The notes under the pieces were generated by a model that did no database searches, had not been told where the DNA came from, and worked only from the letters and a program-made list of their open reading frames with translations. 64,000 nt of DNA from the NCBI GenBank assembly GCA_031409275.1, contig JANNXA010000051.1:64001-128000 (forward strand). Direction: 5' to 3'. The position numbers were made by a program, and so were the translations under genes. Below, piece by piece: positions 57,785 through 64,000 of this stretch. The DNA is from Planctomycetota bacterium. Its GTDB lineage: Bacteria; Planctomycetota; B15-G4; SIAN01. How positions within the stretch are numbered: position 1 is the stretch's first letter; the number at the start of each line of letters is the position of its first letter.

Positions 57785-59452
57785 ATGAGCCAGGTCCGCA
57801 ACGTGCTCGCGACCGCCCTCGATCGCGACAGTGCGCGCTACGTCGAGCAGCGCGCGGCGATGGACCGTCTGCTGCTGGCGCTGCGCGCCGACGAGCGGCG
57901 CATCGCCCAGGGCGGCGGCGCGAAGGCGATCGACAAGCAGCACGAGAAGGGGCGCCTCACCGCGCGCGAGCGGATCGAGCGGCTGATCGATCCGGGCAGC
58001 TCCTTCTTCGAGCTCTCGATCTTCGCGGCACACGGGATGTACGAGGAGTGGGGCACGCCGGCCGCCGCGGGCGTCGTGACCGGCGTCGCGCAGGTCGCCG
58101 GACGCCGGTTCATGGTGGTGGCCAACGACGCCACCGTGAAGGCGGGAGCCTTCTTCCCGATGACCTGCAAGAAGGTGCTGCGCGCGCAGCGCATCGCGCT
58201 CGACAACCACCTGCCGGTGATCTACCTGGTCGACTCCGCGGGCGTCTTCCTGCCGCTGCAGGACGAGGTCTTCCCGGACGAGGACGACTTCGGCCGCGTG
58301 TTCCGCAACAACGCCGTCCTCTCTGCGCAGGGGACGCCGCAGCTCGCGGCGATCATGGGGATGTGCGTCGCCGGTGGCGCCTACCTGCCCGTGATGTGCG
58401 ACACGCTGCTGATGACGGAAGGGTCGGGGCTCTTCCTCGCCGGGCCGTCGCTCGTGAAGGCCGCGATCGGTCAGCAGGTCGGCGCGGAGGAGCTCGGCGG
58501 CGCGTCGATGCATGCCGAGATCTCCGGCACGGTCGACTTCAAGGAGAAGGACGACGACGCCTGCCTTGCGCGCGTCCGCTCGATCGTCGAGCGGATGGGG
58601 CCGCGCCCTGGCGCCCCCTTCGACCGCGTCGCCGCGCGGCCGCCGCTGTTCGATCCCGCCGAGCTCGGCGGAATCGTGTCGGTCGACGGCGGCAAGGAGT
58701 ACGACATCCACGAGGTGATTGCGCGCCTCGTCGACGGCAGCGAGTTCGACGAGTACCGCAAGGACTACGGGCCGACGCTCGTCTGCGGTTTCGCGCGCAT
58801 CGGCGGCTTCGCCGTCGGCATCGTCGCCAACCAGAAGCAGCACCAACGGCGCGCCGGCCATCCCATCGAGTTCGGCGGCGTGATCTACAAGGAGTGCGCC
58901 GAGAAGGCCGCCCGCTTCATGCTCGACTGCGGCCAGAACCGCATTCCGCTGGTCTTCCTGCACGACGTGAACGGCTTCATGGTCGGCCGCGACTCGGAGC
59001 GCGGCGGCATCATCCGCGCCGGCGCCAAGATGGTGAACGCGGTCAGCAACGTGCCCGTGCCCAAGATCGCCGTCATCCTCGGCGGCAGCTTCGGCGCCGG
59101 CCACTACGCGATGTGCGGCAAGGCGTACGACCCGCGCTTCCTCTTCGCGTGGCCGAGCGCGCGCTACGCCGTGATGGGCGGAGCACAGGCCGCCGGCACG
59201 CTCGTCGACGTCCGCGTCGCCCAACTCGAGAAGAGCGGCAAGAAGCTGACCGCCGAGGAGATCGCGGCGCTGCGCAAGGACACCGAAGCGCGCTACGCGA
59301 CGGCGCTCGATCCTCGCTACGCCGCCGCCCGCCTCTGGTGCGACAAGATTCTCGAGCCCGAACAGACCCGCGATGCCTTGATCGTCGCGCTCGAAGTCGC
59401 CGCCCTCAACCCCGAGCTCCCGCCGCTGCGGACGGGCGTCTACCCGTCGTAA
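57785..59452 (+). CDS. acyl-CoA carboxylase carboxyltransferase subunit (probable methylcrotonyl-CoA carboxylase beta)
   Basis: GRLTARERI, ANDATVKAG, YLVDSAGVFLPLQDEVFPD, CVAGGAY, SFGAGHYAMCGKAYDPRF. Confidence 0.9.
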   Translation: MSQVRNVLATALDRDSARYVEQRAAMDRLLLALRADERRIAQGGGAKAIDKQHEKGRLTARERIERLIDPGSSFFELSIFAAHGMYEEWGTPAAAGVVTGVAQVAGRRFMVVANDATVKAGAFFPMTCKKVLRAQRIALDNHLPVIYLVDSAGVFLPLQDEVFPDEDDFGRVFRNNAVLSAQGTPQLAAIMGMCVAGGAYLPVMCDTLLMTEGSGLFLAGPSLVKAAIGQQVGAEELGGASMHAEISGTVDFKEKDDDACLARVRSIVERMGPRPGAPFDRVAARPPLFDPAELGGIVSVDGGKEYDIHEVIARLVDGSEFDEYRKDYGPTLVCGFARIGGFAVGIVANQKQHQRRAGHPIEFGGVIYKECAEKAARFMLDCGQNRIPLVFLHDVNGFMVGRDSERGGIIRAGAKMVNAVSNVPVPKIAVILGGSFGAGHYAMCGKAYDPRFLFAWPSARYAVMGGAQAAGTLVDVRVAQLEKSGKKLTAEEIAALRKDTEARYATALDPRYAAARLWCDKILEPEQTRDALIVALEVAALNPELPPLRTGVYPS

Positions 59453-59485
59453 CCCGCTCGATTCACGCGCGACGGCGCGGAGTCG

Positions 59486-61306
59486 CTACTTCACGTAGCC
59501 GAGCTCGCGCAGCTTCTCGAGCCCTTCCTGCTGGAGCGAGGAGACGGCCGCGCTCGTTGACGCGCTCGGGCGAACCGGCGCGATGTACGGGCCGAACGAA
59601 TCGATGCGCGGCGGAATCGTCGCGCGGCACTCCGGCGTGAGCGCGGCGAGGAACGGCGTGCCGTCCTGCGTCGATGCGGTCGGCAATCCCAGCAGCGCTT
59701 GCACGGTCGGCGCGATGTCCTCGAGGCGCGGACGTTCCGTCAACGCAACGCCGCGCGCGAGGCCGGCGCCCCAGGCGAGGAAGACGCCGTCCGGGCCATG
59801 CTCGTGGGCGAGTTGCGGGCCCTCCACATACTCCCAACCGTGGTCGGAGACGATCACCACGCTGGTGCGGTCATCCGCCTGCTGCAGGAGCTGGCCCAGC
59901 ATGCGATCGGTGTACTCGTACCAGCGCTGCACCACCTCGATGCGGCGATGGCTGCGGTGGCTCAGGTTGTCGATGCCGGAAACGAAGAGCGCCAGCAGAT
60001 CGAGCGAGTCGTTCTCCAGCAGGTGCGCCGCCGAAGCGAAGACGAACTGGTCAGTGAGCTGCACGGTGCGAAACGCCTGGAAGAACTTGCCGCGGGTCGC
60101 CACCCAGCGCGCTCGCTCTTCGTCGGTCAGATCCTGGAAGAAGGGCTGCGCGACGATCGCCTCGCGCTCCTCGCCAGGATCGTGCTGCTCGAGCTGCATC
60201 AGCTCGTCGAGCAGCGACTCGGGATAGGTGAAGCCCGAGCTCCCTTCGATGGCGCCGCCGAACTTGCGCTCGAGGTAGGAGGCACGCGAAGGATTGTTGT
60301 CGGAGACGAGGTAGCCGTTCACCAACTCGGCGGGCCAGCTCGCGTACCAGTTGAGCGCCGCCACGCGCCGCCCACGCTCGCCGGCGAGGTTCCACAACGC
60401 GGGCTTGCGCCGCTGGCACGAGGTGACTGGCACCTCGTGGAGCAGGCCGAAGCGGAACGCGACCTCCACCAGCTCACGGACGCCGCCATGGTCGGGGAGC
60501 AACGCCTCCTTTCGCAACCGCTGCACTCCGCGCGAGAGGCCGGGAACGCTCGCTTCGGTGAAGTCGAGCACGCCGTGCGCCTCGGGTCGGCAGCCGGTCG
60601 ACACCGTGTTCCAGAGGCGCGGCGACCAGGTCGGCAACAGCGTCCGCAGGGGCGCCCGCACCCCCTCGTTCACCAGCTTCCGGAACGTGGGCAGCCGGCC
60701 TTCCGACATCAGCAGATCGAGCTGACGCCAGTCGGCGCCGTCGAGCCCGATCAGCAGCACGCGGCGCGGTGCGGCGCCCGGCTCGAAGGAGGCCGCCGGT
60801 GGATCGACCGCGATCCGCGCCGCGAGCGGCGTCACCACCGCGAAGCCCAACGCCACGGACACTGCCAGCACTCGCAACGCGACGCTGCCGGCGAAACGGC
60901 GGGCATAGGCGCTGCCGAACGCGGCGACCACGACGATCGCCACGACCACGGCAAGCGCCGTCGCCCGCAGGCGCGACGTCCCCGCGGCGACGAGCAGGCC
61001 CTGGCCTGCGCCTGCGAAGGCCAGGAACAGCACGCCGTGCGCGATCCCGGAGGTGAAGGGGGCGCGTGCGGCGGGGTCGTTCGGGGCGCGGCGCGCCTTC
61101 GTCGTGACGCGGCGCAAGAGCGCGCTCGCGGCCCCGGCGAGCAGCGTCGCGCTGCCATAGATCGCCATGAGCCACGCCACGAGGACGAGCCCGTCGCGCA
61201 CACCGACGATCGAGCCGTTCACACGCACCAGCGTCCACGCGGCCGCGGCCCCCGCCGCCGATCCCGCGAGCGAGGTTCCGGCCGCGCGCTTCAGCGTCGC
61301 GCCCAT
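59486..61306 (-). CDS. membrane-anchored alkaline phosphatase superfamily (nucleotide pyrophosphatase-like) protein
   Basis: N-terminal TM helices; LIGLDGADW, TWSPRLWNTVSTG, VSDHG, EHGPDG, DIAPT, C-terminal LRELGYV. Alternative GTG start at 61330. Confidence 0.82.
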   Translation of the reverse strand: MGATLKRAAGTSLAGSAAGAAAAWTLVRVNGSIVGVRDGLVLVAWLMAIYGSATLLAGAASALLRRVTTKARRAPNDPAARAPFTSGIAHGVLFLAFAGAGQGLLVAAGTSRLRATALAVVVAIVVVAAFGSAYARRFAGSVALRVLAVSVALGFAVVTPLAARIAVDPPAASFEPGAAPRRVLLIGLDGADWRQLDLLMSEGRLPTFRKLVNEGVRAPLRTLLPTWSPRLWNTVSTGCRPEAHGVLDFTEASVPGLSRGVQRLRKEALLPDHGGVRELVEVAFRFGLLHEVPVTSCQRRKPALWNLAGERGRRVAALNWYASWPAELVNGYLVSDNNPSRASYLERKFGGAIEGSSGFTYPESLLDELMQLEQHDPGEEREAIVAQPFFQDLTDEERARWVATRGKFFQAFRTVQLTDQFVFASAAHLLENDSLDLLALFVSGIDNLSHRSHRRIEVVQRWYEYTDRMLGQLLQQADDRTSVVIVSDHGWEYVEGPQLAHEHGPDGVFLAWGAGLARGVALTERPRLEDIAPTVQALLGLPTASTQDGTPFLAALTPECRATIPPRIDSFGPYIAPVRPSASTSAAVSSLQQEGLEKLRELGYVK

Positions 61307-61322
61307 CGTCCGTGCCGCGCGC

Positions 61323-62660
61323 TCATCCACGCTCGGTGATCTCGACCATCCGCTCGAGCGCGCGGCGCGCGTCGGCGACCAGCGTCGCCCGCTCGTCCGC
61401 GCCGAGCCGCTCGCGCACGCCGGAGATCTCGTCGACCACATCGCCGGCGACGACGCGATTGGCGTCGGGAGCCTTGCCCTTGCGCAACAGATCGATCAGC
61501 GCGACGAGGTGCGGCGGATCGTTGCGCGCCATCGTCGCGCAGCCACAGCCCATCGAACGGAACGCGGGGTCGGGCACGTCCGCGAGGTGGACCACCTCGA
61601 CCCCCTTCGCCTGCGCCAACGCGCGCGCGTTGCGGACGAAGTGCCCCTCGGTCGCGATCGCGAGCTTGTCGCCGGGCTTCGCCTGCTCGACCGCCGCCCA
61701 GAGGTACTTGGTCGAACCGGCGCCATCGGCGGCCTGCACGACCGGCAGCGGACTCTCGGGATGGACCAGCACGCGGAAGCCGCGGGCGCGCCAGTATTCG
61801 ACGAGGTCGACGCGGAAGACCGTGTGAACGCCGCAGGAACTGCCCCAGCGGATCACGCGCGCGCGATCGAGCTGCTCGCGCTGCGACGGCGTCATGCGCG
61901 CCACCTTCTGGCGCGCCCCCTCTTCGCCGCCACCCCACTGGAACTGCAGTTCTGGCGCGATGCCGCACCACCAGCAGGTGACCTCGGCGAGGTTCTGGTC
62001 GGGCACGAAGAGGATCTTCTTCCCCTGCGCCAGCGCCCACTGCATCACCTTGCGCGCATTACCCGAGGTGCACACCGCTCCGCCGCTCGCACCCGCCAGC
62101 GCCTTCACGCGCCCCGACGTGTTCATGTAGGCGATCACCATGAGCGAGTCGCCGTAGCACGCGCGCAGCTCCTCGTAGGCAGGGCCGACGTGGTGCTCCT
62201 TCGCGAACATCTCGAGCGTGCAGCCCGCGCGCGGATTGGTGATGAAGACCTGCTGGTGCGGATGGGCCAGCGTGGCGATGGCGTCGGCCATGAAGTGGAC
62301 CGCCGACTCGACGATGAACTCCGCCTGCGTGTTCGCGCGCGCCTGCAGCGCGAGTTCGTAGCTGTCGGCGATGCGGCCGCCGTAACGCTCGACCAGCTTC
62401 ACGATCTCGCCGCCCATGTAGTAGTGGGCCAGCAGCAGCACGCGCGGACCGAACTCCTTCAGCGCCGGCCGCAGGTAGCCGTCCATCCACGGCAGCACCG
62501 ACTCGGGCGTGCGATCGGGCAGCGCGAGGTACTCCTGCGCATAGGGCTTGAACTCTTCCTGGTACCAGTCGAACGGCAGGTCGACCTGGCAGATCGGAAT
62601 GCCCGGCTCGATGCGGATGCCGCTGGAACGGTAGAGCTGCTCGACGGTGCGGGTGGACAT
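61323..62660 (-). CDS. nadA: quinolinate synthase
   Basis: LLAHYY, ADSYELA, VHFMA, AGCTL, AYMNTS, VCTSGNA, FVPDQNL, CGVH, VHPES, GSTKY, TEGH, CATM. Confidence 0.92.
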   Translation of the reverse strand: MSTRTVEQLYRSSGIRIEPGIPICQVDLPFDWYQEEFKPYAQEYLALPDRTPESVLPWMDGYLRPALKEFGPRVLLLAHYYMGGEIVKLVERYGGRIADSYELALQARANTQAEFIVESAVHFMADAIATLAHPHQQVFITNPRAGCTLEMFAKEHHVGPAYEELRACYGDSLMVIAYMNTSGRVKALAGASGGAVCTSGNARKVMQWALAQGKKILFVPDQNLAEVTCWWCGIAPELQFQWGGGEEGARQKVARMTPSQREQLDRARVIRWGSSCGVHTVFRVDLVEYWRARGFRVLVHPESPLPVVQAADGAGSTKYLWAAVEQAKPGDKLAIATEGHFVRNARALAQAKGVEVVHLADVPDPAFRSMGCGCATMARNDPPHLVALIDLLRKGKAPDANRVVAGDVVDEISGVRERLGADERATLVADARRALERMVEITERG

Positions 62661-62688
62661 GCCGCGCAGTTCTAGGGAAGCTCGCCGC

Positions 62689-63609
62689 ATGGACAAGCAT
62701 CGCGAGGCGGGCCGCGGCGGCGGCGGCGAGCGGATCGCGCTGGTCGAGTGCCCGCGCGACGCCTTCCAGGGCTATCGCCGGCCGATCCCGACCGAGCGCA
62801 AGGCAGCGCACCTGCGCACGCTGGTCGACGCTGGCTTCAAGGCCATCGACTTCGGTTCCTTCGTGTCCCCCAAAGCCGTTCCCCAGATGGCCGACAGCGA
62901 GCAGCTCTTCGCGGCCCTGGCCGCGACCGGCGCAACGGCCGACGTCGACTGGATCGGCATCGTCGCCAACGAGCGCGGCCTCGAGCGCCTGCTCGCGCTG
63001 CCTGGCGTCACGACCGCCGGCTACCCCTTCTCCTGTTCCGAGACGTTCCAGCAACGCAACACCGGCGCGTCGATCGCCGAGAGCTTCGCGCGCCTCGATG
63101 CGCTCGTTGCCGCGACGCGCAGCGCCGGCCGCCGCCTGAACGTCTACCTCTCGATGGCATTTGGCAATCCGTTCCACGATCCGTGGTCGCCGGCCGCCGT
63201 CGTGCGCCTGGCTGAGCAGCTGCAGCAGCGCGGAGTCGACTGCCTGCAGCTCGCCGACACCGTCGGGACCGCGACCCCCGCGAGCGTGCACGAACTCGTC
63301 GCCGCGGTGCGCGCCGTGTTCGTCGGTCGACGCTTCGGCGTCCACTTGCACGCGCGCGCCGACGACTTCGCCGCGAAGGTCGACGCCGCGCTCGCGGCGG
63401 GTTGCCGCTCCTTCGACGCCGCGCTCGGGGGCGCGGGCGGCTGCCCGTTCGCCGGCGACGATCTCGTCGGCAACCTGCCCACCGAAGCGCTGATCGCCCA
63501 CCTCGCGACCTGCGGCTTCGAGGTCGGCATCGCGCCGACTGCACTTGCGCGCGCCTCCGCCTCGGCAGCCGCACTGATCCACGACTTCTCGGGAGCGCCC
63601 GCGCCATGA
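62689..63609 (+). CDS. hydroxymethylglutaryl-CoA lyase
   Basis: VECPRDAFQG, GSFVSPKAVPQMAD, LADTVG, GVHLH, GGCPFA, GNLPTE. Confidence 0.92.
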   Translation: MDKHREAGRGGGGERIALVECPRDAFQGYRRPIPTERKAAHLRTLVDAGFKAIDFGSFVSPKAVPQMADSEQLFAALAATGATADVDWIGIVANERGLERLLALPGVTTAGYPFSCSETFQQRNTGASIAESFARLDALVAATRSAGRRLNVYLSMAFGNPFHDPWSPAAVVRLAEQLQQRGVDCLQLADTVGTATPASVHELVAAVRAVFVGRRFGVHLHARADDFAAKVDAALAAGCRSFDAALGGAGGCPFAGDDLVGNLPTEALIAHLATCGFEVGIAPTALARASASAAALIHDFSGAPAP

Positions 63610-64000
63610 GCCCCACCCCGATCTCGGTCGAAACGCGCGGCGACGTGCGACTCCTGACGCTCGCGCGACCCGAAGCGAAGAACGCGCTCTCGGCCGAGCT
63701 CGTCGACGCGTTGCTCGGGGAGCTCGACGACGCCGCCGCCGATGAGAAGCTGCGTGGCCTGGTGATCACCGGGGCGGGCCCCGACTTCTGCGCCGGCGCC
63801 GACCTGAAGGCGCTGCAGCAGCTGGCGACGCGCACCTTCGAGGAGAACCGCGCCGACTCGCGCCACCTCGCGAGCCTCTTCGCGCGACTCCACCGCCATC
63901 CGTTGCCGATCGTGGCGGCGGTGCGTGGCCACGCGCTCGCCGGCGGATCGGGACTCGCCTGCGTGTGCGATCGGGTCGTCGCGGCGAGCGACGCGCGGTT
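63606..64000 (+). CDS. enoyl-CoA hydratase/isomerase (probable methylglutaconyl-CoA hydratase), runs off window end
   Basis: Manual translation MSPTPISVETRGDVRLLTLARPEAKNAL...FCAGADL...AAVRGHALAGGSGL; ATGA overlap with the HMG-CoA lyase. Not in the ORF track. Confidence 0.88.
   Translation, partial: MSPTPISVETRGDVRLLTLARPEAKNALSAELVDALLGELDDAAADEKLRGLVITGAGPDFCAGADLKALQQLATRTFEENRADSRHLASLFARLHRHPLPIVAAVRGHALAGGSGLACVCDRVVAASDAR

Overview
A very GC-rich bacterial chromosomal window, probably from a Planctomycetota-like organism (inferred from gene content: HEAT+vWA proteins, a giant TPR/alpha-2-macroglobulin, an orphan FtsQ-like gene). Housekeeping genes: rpsI/rplM, trmD-rplS, secDF, ribE, folE-queD with a BtuFCD-type ABC importer, an 11-subunit complex I (nuoABCDHIJKLMN, no nuoEFG in the operon), thiC under a TPP riboswitch, hsp20 with a sigma54-type promoter, nadA and leucine-catabolism genes. 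The most notable signal is a DsbD-type thiol:disulfide interchange gene (42231-44789, minus) that the ORF track splits. Its thioredoxin active site reads FTGFT-UGA-INC (UxxC), the frame continues past the UGA, and a bacterial SECIS-like hairpin follows, so it is a probable selenoprotein DsbD. It also has a tandemly duplicated N-terminal redox domain. Next to it are (i) an ABC-type ATPase pseudogene with three lesions, one being a 161-bp IS630-derived MITE, and (ii) a BlaI/M56-peptidase pair with two palindromic operators, divergent from a 2625-aa alpha-2-macroglobulin-like gene with no CxEQ thioester motif. The M56 protein carries a ten-cysteine C-x3 acidic repeat where BlaR1 has its penicillin-binding sensor. 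All calls come from reading the sequence; no database searches were run.
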